From Stegostoma tigrinum (lineage: Eukaryota), in contig NC_081358.1 of the NCBI RefSeq assembly GCF_030684315.1, forward strand, positions 76,507,817 through 76,571,816: a DNA stretch of 64,000 nucleotides. The letters are read 5' to 3'. Under the pieces are notes generated by a model. It was not told the DNA's origin. It saw only the letters and a list, made by a program, of their open reading frames with translations, and ran no database searches. Below, in pieces: positions 35,661 through 49,450 of the stretch. The stretch's first letter is position 1; each line of letters begins with the position of its first letter. The position numbers and the translations under genes were made by a program.

Positions 35661-37438
35661 TGCACTGAATGTAGCCAACACTAGGCCAATCACATTGATG
35701 ATAATCGTGTCTAAACGCAATCTAAATATTTGCTCCTAAATGAATCACCAAAGGCCCTCTTCAAAGCAGATACATTTACAAAATGCTCAACTGAAAGTTG
35801 AACTGGCAAAACCAGAAATATTCATTGCTGACATTGATTGTAAAACAAAATGTTGACATTTCTTTGTGGGAGTGCTTTGTGCTGGCATATGGAATAATAC
35901 TGTGGAATGACAAATAAATTCCTCTTTGCGAGCATTGAATACAGCACCATGATCACCAAGAATGATCAAAGAGGAATCCATATGTTGTGTTAGACTACCA
36001 TTTGTAGTCATGCATCCCTGTTTCTTGGCACTGTTCTGCAATGTCTTAGCTATACAACTATTCAGCTTTCGTAAAGGTCAGTGATGGATTAAGATGCATG
36101 TTCCCATATAAGCTTTTGAAATTTTTGTTCCCATCCTTGTGACATCCTATTAAAGTTGCACCGTTGTATGCCAAGCAGGCAAAATAAGAACCATCAGCAA
36201 TCTAGATTCAAGCAAATGTTCAACAATGTAAAGTTGTATTGAGGGTCAGCAATATTCATCACAATACCATGATTTGACAAATGTTGGAACTTGATAGAAA
36301 ACACAATTGAATGTTTCAATATCTGAAGGAAATTTTGCAGTTGTGTGCACACTAGGAAGCAAATGTTATTATCTTGGAGGCATTTGATTTAAACTCAAAC
36401 TAATCCTTTGTAACAACTGCAGAAATAATTGTAGCAAGGACAGCGATACCCCAAGGAGGGGGGAGGCAGAAGATGGAGGAGGTTTCTCTTAAATTTGTTT
36501 GAGCTCCCTTCTAGTTATAAGCTGAAACTAGCAAAGTGCCATTTCATTTGTTTTTTGATAATCTTTCACTTTTCTCATTGTGGGGAAAAAAACAGAGCTC
36601 TTGTACCGCTCTTTAATCTGGGAATGTTATTGAGCTGATTTGGACACAGTTCTTGTTTATTTGTTTCTCCAAATATACTGCTTCATAGTCAGGATGTGCT
36701 TATTTGAACGTTGCATTAATTTGAAGAACAAATCTAAACATGATCCAGTGACACTTACAAATTGCTGCTTTGTCCATGAACATTGAAGTAATATCTCCAT
36801 CTCCAGCATCTGGCAGTGGATACTTGTTTAATTCACAGGTATGCCTTCAATATCTCTCCTTACAGCACTGCATTGATATTGAGACAAAACATTGCAGTAA
36901 TAATTAAATACCAGCAGTTCTCAGACTGTTGCTTCAAATCTGTTCGACGTCAAAATGAATGACAGTTGCAGGGCATGTGATGAAAAATTTCATGGAAAAT
37001 GGCAGGATGGCTACTCCTGACCATTTCTGAGAAACCCGCTTTAGTTTTAAGTTTAATGTCATGTAAATGTTATGTGCATGCCCAGTCAATAGATCCTGAT
37101 GTCAGCTAGAATCTAATATTTAAATAATACACAAATTGCCATTTTCAACTTCACTGCTCCAGCAAGTGCACTGTCTTAAACATGAACTCGGCATGAACGT
37201 GCATTCAATAACTCAGAGATACGCCATTTAAAGTTTGATTTCTTTGTAGAACTTCGTATGAGTTGCAAGATGTTGGAAACATTGAGTGTTAGACCTTGTT
37301 TTCTCATTTCTCTACTTCTTACCTCTCGGCTTGCTTAAAATCTTTTTTCAATTTTTTTTTCTAGGGCTAGATTTAAAACCATGTCAAACACCTTTGGCCT
37401 AATGCACTGAATATAGCCAACATTAGGCCAATCACATT
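35661..37438 (+). repeat. Pair of 36-bp direct repeats (35661-35696 and 37403-37438)
   Basis: tgcactgaatRtagccaacaYtaggccaatcacatt, 2 mismatches. Confidence 0.9.
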
Positions 37439-37664
37439 AGGATTGGGCATTAGGAAAACAATAGTTGTTACAGGAAAACCACTGAGTATACCATTTGCTT
37501 CCAGTCAGCGGGGGCTACAGTACAATTCCTTTGGGCTCCAACTTTTGAGGGAGAGGGAGCAAAAGAAGTGTACACTTTACAAAGGTGAGCCTGTAGATTT
37601 TTCTCAACAACCATATTGAGACTTGTACAAAAATTGGGACAGCCATCAACGGCCTGGTATAAAA

Positions 37665-37775
37665 TGAGAGCAAAATGCATTGGATACTGGAAATCTGAAA
37701 CAAGCGTAGAGAGTGCTAGAGAAACTCAGCTGGTCTGGCAGCATCTGTGGAGAGAGACACAGAGAGTTAACATTT
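37665..37775 (-). mobile_element. Short PLE-terminus-derived fragment
   Basis: gatactggaaatctgaaac..gaaactcagctggtctggcagcatctgtggagagagacacagagagttaacatttc; same family as 23563-23740. Confidence 0.65.
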
Positions 37776-37804
37776 CCAGTCCACCGTTATCTGTTTTAAA
37801 ATTT

Positions 37805-38660
37805 TTAGAATACTATATACAATTCTGGCCACCCTGCTATAGGGAAGATGTTGTGAAATTTGAAAATATTCAGAAAGCATTAGAACGATGTTTCCAGGGC
37901 TGAAAGGTTTTTGCTATAGGGAGAGGCTGAATAAACTGGGGCTATTTTCCCTGGAGCGCCGGAGGCTGAGGAGTGAACTTACAGAGGTTTATAAAATCAT
38001 GAGGGGCATGGACAGGGCGAAGAGCCAAGGTGTTTTCCCCAAGATAGGGGAATCCAAAACTAGAGGGCATAGGTTTAAGGTGGAAGATTTAAAAGAGACC
38101 TGAGAAGCAACTTTTTCATTCAGAGGTGGTTCATGTACAGAATGAGCTGCCAGAGGAAGTGGTGGAGGTTGTTGCTACAACATTATTTTTAAAGATTAGA
38201 TTCCCTACAGTGTGGAAACAGGCCCTGTGGCCCAACAGGTCCACACCGCCCCTTGGAGCATCCCACCCAGACCCATCCCCCTACAACCCACACACCCCTG
38301 AACACCACGGGCAATTTAGCATGGCCGATCCACCTAACCTGCACATCATTGGTCTGTGGGAGGAAACCAGAGCACCTGGAGGAAACTCACACAGACACGG
38401 GGAGAACGTGCAAACTCAGCACGGACAGTTGCCCGAGGCTGGAATGGAACCTGGGTCCTTGGCGGTCTGAGACTGCAATGCTAACCACTGAGCCACTGTG
38501 CCGCCCCTAAAGACATTTGGATGGGTATATGAATAGGAAGGATTTAAAGGGATATGGGGCAAATGCTGACATTTGGGACTAGATGAATTTAGGATATCAG
38601 GTCAGTATGGGTGATTTGGACTGAAGGGTCTGATTCTGTGCTGTACAACTTTATGACTGT
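37805..38660 (+). mobile_element. CR1 3' fragment interrupted by an HE1 SINE
   Basis: LEYYIQFWPPCYRED, LGLFSLERRRLR, TRGHRFKV. Confidence 0.9.
38196..38507 (-). mobile_element. HE1-type V-SINE with 6-bp TSD
   Basis: Antisense tRNA head (gcggcacagtggctcagtggttagc), V-domain and CR1-like tail; taaaga at 38190 and 38508. Confidence 0.92.
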
Positions 38661-38699
38661 CTGATATAGACATACCAATCAAAGCGTACATAGCAGCCA

Positions 38700-39590
38700 A
38701 TATCTCAGATTTTTACATGACTGCTGTTGAATTGGTGGCATTATTGTTTACAGCTGGAATGGAGTGGACCTGAAACTCCTCAACATTGATTCTGGACACT
38801 GGAGACCATGAAGTCTTGAGGTATCATGTGAAACATGGGCAAGAAACTTTCTGCAGATTACCCCCTACCTCAGCTGATGAGTCAATAATCCTCCATGTTG
38901 AACATCACTTGGACAAAGGGCAGAGAATGTATGTAAAGCGGGAGACTTCAATGTCATCAACGAGAGTGTATTGGTGGCACTGCTACTGACCGAATATTAA
39001 GGGACATATCTACCAGAGTAGCTCAGTAAGTCAGTAAAGTAGCTAAGAAGACATGCAGCATGCTTTCCTTCATTAGCTGAAGTGTACAATATGTAGGGAA
39101 GCTGTCCTGGAAGTGTATACAGTTAGATCACATCCTGAGTACTGCATATGTTCGGATTACAATATTAAGGAAACAATTTGGTTGCACTGGAAAAGGTATG
39201 AAATAAACTTATGAGGATGTTGCCAGGTCTGATAATTTAAACTACGAGGAAAGCTTTCGGTTGTCTTCCATGTAACAATGGAGGCTAAGAAATGACCTAA
39301 ATAAAATTATGCGGAACTGAGACAGAAGATTTATTTACTTTAGCAGAAGCATTGGAAACCAGGGACACAGACTTAAAGCAACTGGTATAAGGATCAATTG
39401 AAAAATTGGAATTATCTTTTCATCTAGAGGATGGCTAGACCTAGAACTCACTGCCTGAAAGGTAATGAGGCAGAAACTCTCCTCATTTTTCTACCTGCAG
39501 CTCATAGGACTAATGGAGGAAGTCAGAGTTAGACTGAATATGTCTTCATTGATCAGGATGGGCACGATAGGCCAAAGGTGTTTGACATGG
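38700..39590 (+). mobile_element. Old LINE fragments: second-family endonuclease piece (~38700-39000), then CR1 3' piece (~39040-39590)
   Basis: PPTSADESIILHVEHHL, gacttcaatgtc (DFNV); then gttagatcacatcctgagtactgc..aggatgttgccagg. Confidence 0.65.
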
Positions 39591-41344
39591 TTTAAAATCT
39601 AGCCCTGGAAAAAAAAATTGAAAAGATTTTAAGCAAGTGGAGAGGTAAGAAAGAGAAATGAGAAAACAAGGTCTAAACAAGGATAGAAGGCAGAAGAGAC
39701 TGGAGAGAGGTGATGGTGCAAGGCAAAAGGATGTAGTAATGGAATAGGTAAAGAAAGAAAATATTGGTTTAAAAAACTGTGAATTGCAACAGCAAAACTA
39801 TTACCAGCAATAATTCTCTGAAAAGAATAGGAGCAGTGATTACAATCTGAAGTTTCTGGAATCAATTTTGAGCTTGGAAGGTTGTAAAGTGAGTGAGATT
39901 CAATTCTGCTTCTGTATTTTGTTCATACTGGAACTTGTTCTGTTTCTGCCTCAGGGCACCGAAATACCAACAGTGCATTGTTTGTTTAGCAACATTTCAA
40001 AATGTGACATTCTCAGCAAAGTACAAAGGGTAAGTAATCTAGAAGGAAATTGAGAAGCGTGCAAAAATAAGATAAATATGAGAGTATATGACTTTTTATT
40101 ATGCAGCCTAAAGGAATCAGCATTGGAACATTGATTATTAATATCATCAATGAGACACTGAAAACACACAATGATCCCCAGTTTCCAACTGGTAAATATG
40201 AGGCTGAAATAAATGCTGCTTTTACCGAAATGAGATAATTGTGTATTAAGAAAACTAATTAAAACTATCAATTCTACATTTCCACCAATGAGAAACAAGG
40301 CCTTGATATAACAAATGAATCCTTCATAGTGAGCAATTATACTTTGAAAGGAACATCCAACTGTGGCATTGTGGAAGGAAATTTAATCAAAGACAGGATG
40401 GTTATTGAGATATGCAGAAGGCTTTTATGAGAACAAAGACTGACAGGGATGGCTGACATGATGTAAAGCTCATAAATTAGCAGTAAGGAAGCTGAAAAAG
40501 GAGCTACTAGATGTTTATGAAAGACATTGGAGAAAATGTCTCTAGAAATTTTTGAAATATTCTGAAGTATAAGTACTGCAGAAACCATCAATGTAGATTG
40601 AGTGATTCTGTTCTGCTTTAGTCAAAATAGAACAAAGAGTATACTCTCAACCAAATATCCAGAGTCCAGAAGTTGGAGAAAAAGCAAACAGCAGGTCTAT
40701 ACAATTGAGGGAATTGCAGCCGACTCAAAAGAGGGTTATGATCCCCTATTTGAACTTTCAAATATTCATTCTATCAATCTGATTGTCCGGCTGCTCTACC
40801 AGTCCAAGCAGTGCCAGAACTGAGTCGGAAACCCACACAGAATTTTAATGGATCCCAGAGCTGAATAGTGCTGGTATTTTAAGCTGGGTGCATACAGACA
40901 GGGCACATGAGGCGAAAATTAAGCAGGGAGAAATAAAAGTGGAGATTAACACCTTGGGGAGGGGTTGAGGTATATCCCTAGTGCACAGGGTACAAACCAA
41001 ATATTGTGCCCTTTCTTTCCCTCCAGCCTTTCCCAAAATGTTTATCAAAAGCAAGTTGTCACCCTCATCCACCTTCACACTCCAACCTGTTCATGGTATG
41101 GTACATGAAGTATGGATCATTAATATGCTCACAAGTTTCCAATTGTAGAAACAGTGGTCAGGTAGCCAGTTTTAATTCTGACCCACTAACCAGGGATCCG
41201 GCCAGGGTGGAGACAAAGTATGTGAGATTGCTATGCCTCATACTTAACATGCAACTCCCAACCCTAACCACCCTTCCCAAATGAAAGCGTAGTCTGTAGG
41301 GGTTCATAAGATGTAACCCAGTAGCACTGAGCCAATTCATTGAA

Positions 41345-41950
41345 ACATACCAGTATTATAGGGCAGACAGAGATCATTTGGCTCATTTTGTCTGCACTGG
41401 CTCTTCAAATGAGCATAATTACCTCCAGCCAGTCTCCAGAGTTTTCCCTATATCCTTGCAAATAATCATCTGATATCCTTAAAAATGCCTGAGTTGAATT
41501 TTCCTCCACCACACCGCCATACTGTAACTACGCAATGTGTCAAAAAGTTTTTTTTTCTCACGTCACATTTGTTTCTTTTGCAGATCACTTTAAATCTGTG
41601 CCCTTTGGCTCTTGATCCATTTAAGACCAGAAACAGTTTCTCCCCACCTGCACCATCCAGCTCACTCATGATTTTGAAAACCTCCACCAGAACAGTGTCA
41701 ATTTATTCAATCTATCGTCATAACTAAAATCTCTCAGCTTTAGAAACTTTTTTTTGTAAATTGAGTCTGCACTCCCTGCATTGTGTTCGTGTCTTATCTA
41801 TAGTGTGGTGCTCAGAGCTGTACACAATGTTTCAGATCTGTTGTGTGGTGCTGTATCAAATGCCTTCTGAAAGTCCGTGTACATCTTATCGACAGCATTA
41901 TGCTCATCAAGCCTTCCTGTTACCTCTTCAAAAAAACTACAGCAAGCTAC
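41345..41950 (-). mobile_element. Degraded CR1 3' fragment with internal deletion
   Basis: EVFKIMSELDG..KLF..SRAKGHRFKV; gtatcaaatgccttctgaaagtcc (antisense DFQKAFD). Confidence 0.75.
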
Positions 41951-42340
41951 TTAAATACTCTCAAATGTTCGCCCACTAGTATCACAGTGATCCTAGTAAC
42001 TAGTTCGACAATTGTTTGCTGGACCTGCTGTGGACTCGTCTGAAAAAGCCTCCTGTGCAAAGCACTGTACAAAGTTGCTGCTGAATTTTTTTTTGCTCTT
42101 GACTGATGGCTTTCTGGCAAGCTAACCAATACACCAAGCATTCTATTGCATTTATAGGTTTGTGTACCTCTGCAGCTTGCTCCTTTGTCAGTTCCTAATT
42201 TGAATCTTTTTGCAGCAGAACTCATGCATGACTCTGTTTAATGATGGGTTGGGACTTGTGTTTTTTTTGGTATCTGCTCTGGCTACAGGATGTTCATGGC
42301 CACTTCATGCAAACCCCGTCTCTTGACTATTCTCTACAGC

Positions 42341-43351
42341 CTCAGTTTATGAGCTGGCAGCTGCAAGTGTACAATTGTGAAATGGCACAGGCTTTTAATT
42401 GCTGTCATATTGCTACCCACCAACAGCCCGGGTCTGCTGCATTTCTTAGGTATGGTCATGTGAAAGGGAAAAGCAAATGGTGATATTATGGTGCAGGGAG
42501 GTGGTAAAGTAAGAGGTGCACACTTACTTCTTTTCCAACTTCTAACTCAGAAGAGAATGCAGAATGAAGGAAAGTTGAAATATGAGGACTATAAGGTATT
42601 GCTCTTATAAGTAAGATGTATGTTAAAGCAATTGACAAATTAATATTAGAAACCATTTTCCAACTTAGAACAAGACTGAAGAATATTAAATCTTAATAAT
42701 ATGCTGATTACACAGAATTTCTTGAGGCCTATGAGTTTATAAATATGTGAAAACCCATTGGGTCTGGTAGTGGAAATTCATTATTAGCCATTTAGCAGAA
42801 ATAGGCAAGTAAAGGCAACTTTTAAAGCTTGAAAACCTCACGGCCCCCATAGTTTACCTGGCAGAAAGTGTTAGAATGAATAGGTCAGAATTACAAAGGG
42901 GCTATGGGGCTATGACTGGTGTCAGCAGGAATTAAGTATTGCTGCCCATCGTCAACAGTTACCTGTGATTTTAATGCCCCTGAAAAAGTTCTGAATAAAA
43001 GGGCTAGCAGCTGGTGGTAAAAGGATGGGGAAATGGTCACTGAAATGGTTCCTTTTGCTCATTAATGAGCTTCTTAAAGGGTCTGTCAGTTTGAAATTGA
43101 TAATATTGAATGTTTTTCTTCATGAGCCAAAACATTTTTCTCTATGTTTATGTACAGCTGTCAGTTTCATAGGAGACTCCGGTAAATTGCTTTGCATTTA
43201 TTTTTAACTTTATCTGTCCAATTGTGCCAGCACAAGAGTGTCAGTCTATGAGCTGGTAGGGGTAAGTGTTAAATTGGGTAATGGTGTGAGCTTGTGATTG
43301 CTGTCATATTGCTATCCCTCTACAGCCTCAGGGTGCTGCATTTCTCAGGTA
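42341..43351 (+). repeat. Diverged ~110-bp direct repeat pair (42341-42452 and 43240-43351)
   Basis: tcagtYtatgagctggYag..aagtgt..aattg..aatgg..attgctgtcatattgcta..acagcc..tgctgcatttctYaggtat in both copies. Confidence 0.8.
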
Positions 43352-43399
43352 TTTTCTAGCCTTCTTATTCATGGACACTTTCCAGTGAGTTCTGCCTCA

Positions 43400-43560
43400 T
43401 AGCAGCTGGATCAAAATCCTAGAACTCCTTCCCCAACAACAGTTTGGGTCTACCATCAAAAATGGACTGCAGTGGTTCAAGAAGGCAGCTACTGCCCCAT
43501 TTGTAAGGGCAACAGTGGATGGGCAATAAATACTGGCTATGCCCACATGCCATGGAAGAA
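43400..43560 (+). mobile_element. Second LINE family 3' terminus
   Basis: tcaaaatcctagaactcc..ggactgcagtggttcaagaaggcagct..gatgggcaataaatactggc. Confidence 0.8.
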
Positions 43561-44542
43561 CACATAAAAGAGAGTAATCATGACATAATTCAGTATAATG
43601 CAGCCTGGAACATTTTTGTCAGGCTGATGTGAGAACCAAGTCTCATCAGTTCAGTGGGGGAAGCTGAACTGAATCAAGTGCCTTTCCAGCAATTAATTTA
43701 ATTTGCTACCACCATGCCTTCCCCAGCTGGCAGCTAGGAATCTCACAATAGCCTCAGCTGCCCTCCAGCCATTCCGACATTGTGCAATTTGTCATCTTTT
43801 GGCAATGGCTTTTTCAGATACTGCAAGTGTTTCTCCTGCTACATCCTCTGCTGTGTCAGACTTCGCAGCAGCATCTTCCATCTGTTCATCGATGAAGCCG
43901 TTGCTCTTTAGCTCCATATGTGTTCCTATTTGAATGACTAGCTCATGACAATGAAGACAAACACAATGGGGTAGACGTGTTGTGACCCCGAGCATAGACA
44001 GCATTCACATAATCACATGGATAGAGCACATTTGATTCTTTACAACAAATAAAGACAACAGGATCTGAAAAAAAATTGCTGCCTGCTACATAATCCTTAA
44101 ATTTACCAGTGTGAGAGCCCTCATGAAGGAGCTGAAGATGAAGGAAGCTCAGCTTCAGAGCCTGCATAGTGGTCAATATTCAAAATGCCATTCTCTGATG
44201 TGAATTTCTTGGCCTTCGCAATAACCCTGACTGAAATACTCTAATACACAACCTCAAAAATATTCTTCTTTTAGCATTGTGTAGGTGTAATTTTCATTGC
44301 CTCCCACTTTCTTTCACATCACTTTCACTGGGCTAGATCTTCAATGTGTGATTGGGAATCCAATGCATATGGTATTTTTTGACTTTCAAACTCACATCCA
44401 ATCTGTGTTACTCTCAGAATGTCATTTGTGAAAGCAAATGATCTAATTGGCCAGGAGTTGAGCGGAGTGCGCAATTTAGGTATTGTGTGCCTCCAGGAAT
44501 ACGGTTACTGCCAGCAAGGTACCAACAGCAAAGGCAGGTAGG

Positions 44543-44986
44543 AGTGGTAATGGGAACTGCAGATGCTGGAGAATCCAAGATAACAAAGTGTGAAGCTGGA
44601 TGAACACAGCAGGCCAAGCAGCATCTCAGGAGCACAAAAGTTGACGTTTCGGGCCTAGACCCTTCATCAGAGAGGGGGATGGGGAGAGGGAACTGGAATA
44701 AATAGGGAGAGACGGGGAGGCAGACCAACGATGGAGAGGAAACAAGATAGGTAGACAGGAGCGTATAGGTGGGGAGGTAGGGAGGGAATAGGTCAGTCCA
44801 GAGAAGATGGACAGGTCAAGGAGGCGAGATGAGGTGGTAGGTAGGAAATGGAGGTGCGGCTTGGGGTGGGAGGAAGGGATGGGTGAAAGGAAGAACAGGT
44901 TAGGGAAGCAGAGACAGGCTGGGCTGGTTTTGGGATGCAGTGGGGGGAGGGGATGAGCTGGGTTGGTTTTGTGATGCAGTGGGGGT
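44543..44986 (-). mobile_element. Solo PLE family-1 pseudo-LTR with tail
   Basis: Near-identical to 4626-5030 and includes the tail gggaactgcagatgctggagaatccaag. Confidence 0.92.
44641..44670 (-). ncRNA. Hammerhead ribozyme motif with intact core
   Basis: Minus strand CUGAUGAAGGGUCUAGGCCCGAAACGUCAA. Confidence 0.62.
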
Positions 44987-47214
44987 TTCATGCTTTCTGT
45001 TTCCCTTCCAGTTTCCTCTTCCTCCATCCTAACTGGTGCGGCTAACAAATAAGTTCCCTTTGGAAAATCCTTATGAAGAATCACAATGTCTTAGTCGGGT
45101 ATTACTTGATGCTTGCGACAGGAACCAATTCTTTACCTTGCCGTTGCTGGTACTGGGTTCAAGGGGAGTGGCTATTATGGATTTTGGTATAACACCACCG
45201 TTCTCTTAGTCTGCATTAATTGAAATCATTTTCCACATAGAAAAGATAGGCAGAGAAAATCTGGGCCTCACACTAGGCCTACATTTAGACTACTAGCTGG
45301 AACAAATTGGACAACAGGTGTAAATCAGTCCTATTCCAGGTTTTAGTCCAAGCTTTTTGTCCACTTGTAAATAATAGTTACATGATGAACAGCAGTACTG
45401 TAGATATACAAACATTATGAGGTGCATAGATAGACAAGAAAAAGCTTTTCCCCTTGGAGGAGTACTCAAAGACTGGGGGCATAGATTTAAAGTAAGGAGC
45501 AGAAAGTTTTGAGGGAATGTTTGATTAATGTACCATTATAAAACAGGTTTTGATTTTAAACAATTCTATTGGAGAATTTTCAGACATTTTCCTTTATTTC
45601 CCCTTCATAACGCAAGAAGCTTTTGTGTACTTCAACTAAGGAGGTTTGTTATCCATCTCACACTTGCCAAACAGGTAAATAAAACCTTGGCATCTCATTG
45701 ACTTGATTCTCCTCAATAGCACTCTCAAAAAAAATGAAGATACCATAATAATTATATACCAATATACCATTAGATTGAAATTCAGACTCTTAAACAACAA
45801 TGTAATTTATAAATAAAAACTTCATATGCTTTTCATCATTTGGGCAAATTCAATGCTAGTTGATATGTACAGTCTGGTATATTTATCTATTGCAGTTATC
45901 CTATAGTTGGATTAAATGACTAAATGAATTACTTGATGTTGCACTTCAATTACTGCATCTTGTCTAAGATTTTGAAGAATTGCTGCATTGAAATTTGTCT
46001 TATTCATGTGCTTATTGGACTTTTCAGGATAATACTTTTTTCTTTTCCATTCTGACTTTTTCACTTTTATAAATTGAAGACATAAATTGCATTGGGTTCT
46101 GAACATGAGCATTTAGAGAAGTTTTGGCATTTACTTTTGGGGTTGTAATTCATCAGCAAATCTGCTCAAGCCTTTTATTTAAAGTGATTATTTTGAGTCA
46201 TCCATTGCGTAGATGCTGTCAAATGTTATCCACATTTCTGATTAATTTAAGGAATCCTTGCATCCGTTTCTGGTGCAATTTGTATCAAATGTACTCACTC
46301 ATTGATTGTGGCAAGCTGTAGTTCCATCAGTGTCAGTGTGGCTGGCCGAATGTTTGAAGGGGATTGCCAGCTTTATACTTTTTTTTTGCCAGGTTGCCTT
46401 ACAAAGCCTCAATAACTTATCAAATACTAATCGAAAGTCAGAAACTTAACCATGACAACAAAATGGAGATGTAGCATTGAGGAACAATTGGAAAGAAAAA
46501 ATTGTGGAGAAGATGATGTATTTGGCTCACAATGGGATACATTATGACAGCGTGTTGGAATGAGAGATTGTCATGTACACTTTCCTTTCAATGGGAGAAA
46601 AGATGAAGAAACTTCTGAATTGCATATATTCCTTAGACTACATCCAAGATCAGGTTCAACCAAAAATAGAACATTGAGGAGCCAAGAAGCTTTGTGCCCA
46701 CTACTTATCAAGACTAGGACGCCATAAACAAGAGTAAACACAGGAAAGATGTACTAAACAACCAGGAAATCCAGAACCAGGGGTCACAGTCAAAAGAAAA
46801 GGTGTAGCACATTTGGGACTGAGATGAAGAGAAATTTCCACATTCAAAGAATGGTGATCCTGTGGAATTCTCTACCATAGAAAGCAGTTTAAGCCAAAAT
46901 ATTGAATGTTTTCGAAAGTGTAAAGTGTTGTTCTTAGAGTTCTTTGGAATCATTCTTAAGAATCAAAGGGTGAAGGAAGGAAGCAAGAACAATATATTGT
47001 GTAGGGTGCTCAGCCATGATCATGTTGAATGTTGGAACAGGCTTGAAGGGCCAAATGTTACAGCTGCTAAGAATTTCTGTGTTAAACAGAATTTAAAAAA
47101 AAAATTATACCAATTCATATTGCAGAAAAATGGAGTTCTGTTTGATTGGGCTATCATTAACATTAAGATGCAAAACAGTTAATTAACAAACTTAGCTCTC
47201 AAACTAGGCAGGTG

Positions 47215-49450
47215 TACTCTGACCAGCAATGGTGTTCTCATGGGAATGCAGCAGGGATTGGCAGTCTCCAAAATTCCTGTTTTTCCAATGAGAAATGTAT
47301 AATGTATACATTCATTTTACAATATAAAATATAGACCAGTACATTAATACATGTAGCTCCTAGTATGTGCTTTAGCATCATACTACAGGCCTGACCAGTA
47401 ATTGTAAACTGGTTTCTGATGTAGTTCCAAGCACACATCTGGATTATTTAATAAATTATATCCAATAACAAAATGATATCAAGTGATGGACATAGTTTTC
47501 AGGTTTGCAAGCACAGGCTAATTGATTATGATTGGTATGCCGGCAAATAGTCGATTAGATGTGTTGTTTGATATGTTCTATCAGCCTTTGCATCACACAG
47601 ATTACACACCTGGTATCACTCTACCTCTAAAACTCATAGACCAATTTCTCATTTATTTGGTAGGCCAATATCTTTTATGGCTTGACAACAGCAGCCTGTT
47701 AGTGGAGTAAACAATGCTTGGTTTTCTGCAAAGTATCGATGTGAGATAGCTAGCTTCACTTGTTCAAATCTTGGATACACCTTCTCCTTCCAGCGTAATC
47801 TGAAGTAAACCGAACACCAGTAAGGGTTGTTGGTCCTTTCCTGAGTTTTTCAGCTATGCAGTAAGTCCTAATTTGATCAGGGTAGGCACTATCGTGCAAA
47901 AGAGTTTTGTATGCCCTATGTCATCATCAAACTTACATGGTGAGCAGATATCTAGGTCCCTGTTTATGAGGTTGGGAATAAGATTGGGCTGCAAAAATCC
48001 AACATATAGACCGGTGAATGCAAGGTTTTTGGGAGATAGTAGTAGCAAATGTATCGGTAGATTTCTCAACTCATACATTGATGAAAGAGAGTCCGTTTGA
48101 TTGCTCCATTTAAAATGTGCATTTGAATGCAGAATGGTATTTATTAAGCTGTACGGAGAAATTCTTGATGCAGCTACAGTTTCAAATATTGCAAGTTGCA
48201 TGTCAGAAAATGGTTAGTGGTCATTCAATTCAAGATGTACTTCTCATGATAGCCAACAAAGAGGTTAGCAAAATCTGGGCTGACGGTTGATTCTATGGTA
48301 ATGGCATCGATTTGGGAGTATATACTGTCTTGAACCTGAACTCGACTGCATGAGTTGCTCAGTTTATGAGTTTGATTGCCATGATATAGTGGTAAAGGTC
48401 AATGGCCTGCTTGGGTGGTACATTGGTAAATGAGCTTGCAATGTTGAGGCGACACATTGGCTCGGTGGTCAGCACTGCTGCTTCACAGCGCCAGGGACCT
48501 GGGTTCGCATTCACATTGCACATTCTCCCTGCGTCTGCATGGGTTTGCTCCCACAGGGCTGTGCAGGTTAGGCGAATTAGACATGGGAAATACAGGGAAA
48601 GGGTAGGAGGATGGGTCTGAGTGGGATACTCTTCAGAAGGGCAATTTGGACTTGTTGGGCTGAATGGCCTGTTTACACACTGTAGGTGTTCTATGATCTT
48701 CTATGTGGAAAGAGCACATGGGCATGCTATTGCTCTTGATATGTACATATTGCGTGCTCTTTGTGAAAGTGAAGGAACCCCTCACAGTGTATATGGAAAA
48801 TTCATTTAAAACCATTGCAACAGCACAATTTGACCAATTTATGCTGTGCTGAGCCAATCATAGACAAAACAGGATGTAAAGGCATATTATGTCTTCAATA
48901 GCTCCTATGTGTGGGGTCACAGTGAACTGTTAGGATTAATATATATTGCCAGGGTAGGTTGCTATTCTTCTGCAAGGCAAACAGCACATTTGCAACTTGC
49001 CCTTGAATGTGGCTGTGTGACCATGCATAGTTGTAAATCCTATAGATATAAATTTGTATGGTCATTGAACATTGTTTATGTAGTCAATTCTGTTGAATGA
49101 CTACTGCTGTCTGTTTGTCTGTTTGCATGTTTGTGAATCAGAGTTTGCCTTGTGATCACATGTAGCTGCCAGCTATTTGCGTTGTGGATGAAAGTCTGTC
49201 ATGTCAAAAGCCGCTCCACAATATGCATGTGTCAGATCTGCTTGGTGTATTCTCAGGATCTCAGCAGCTTTGGTGGACATTGATTTCTGATGAGATTGCT
49301 GGTAATGACGAAGCTTGAACTCAGTGAATTCCTCTCCCCATTTACTGTGGGGCAAGGGCACACCAAAGTCAAAATCAAGTGAAAGAACAAGCTCTTTGTA
49401 TTCAAAGGAAACATGGTAGGAGAAATGTGTCATATGTTGAACAGCATTCT
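47215..49450 (-). mobile_element. Third, highly degraded PLE family (Penelope/Poseidon-like)
   Basis: Minus-strand remnants: LVLSLDFDFGVP..EFK..ADLTHAY (pre-RT), NIASSFTNVPPKQAID (SLFTNVP motif), AFTGLY, NQFTITGQACS..HILGATCIN (GIY-YIG C-terminus). Confidence 0.7.
48446..48705 (+). mobile_element. HE1-type SINE, internally deleted, inserted in the old PLE
   Basis: ggctcggtggtcagcactgctgcttcacagcgccagggacctgggttcg..cacattctccc..gggctgaatggcctgtt. Confidence 0.85.

Noticed and set aside
41947-42330. Possible RTE-type LINE 3' end or exon (SSAAKRFKLG ORF)
   Set aside because: The similarity is too vague to call by eye.
43792-43927. Acidic peptide THMELKSNGFIDEQMEDAAAKSDTAEDVAGETLAVSEKAIAKR after a minus-strand AG
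   Set aside because: It looks coding-like, but the acceptor is weak and I recognise no homolog. It cannot be supported without a search.
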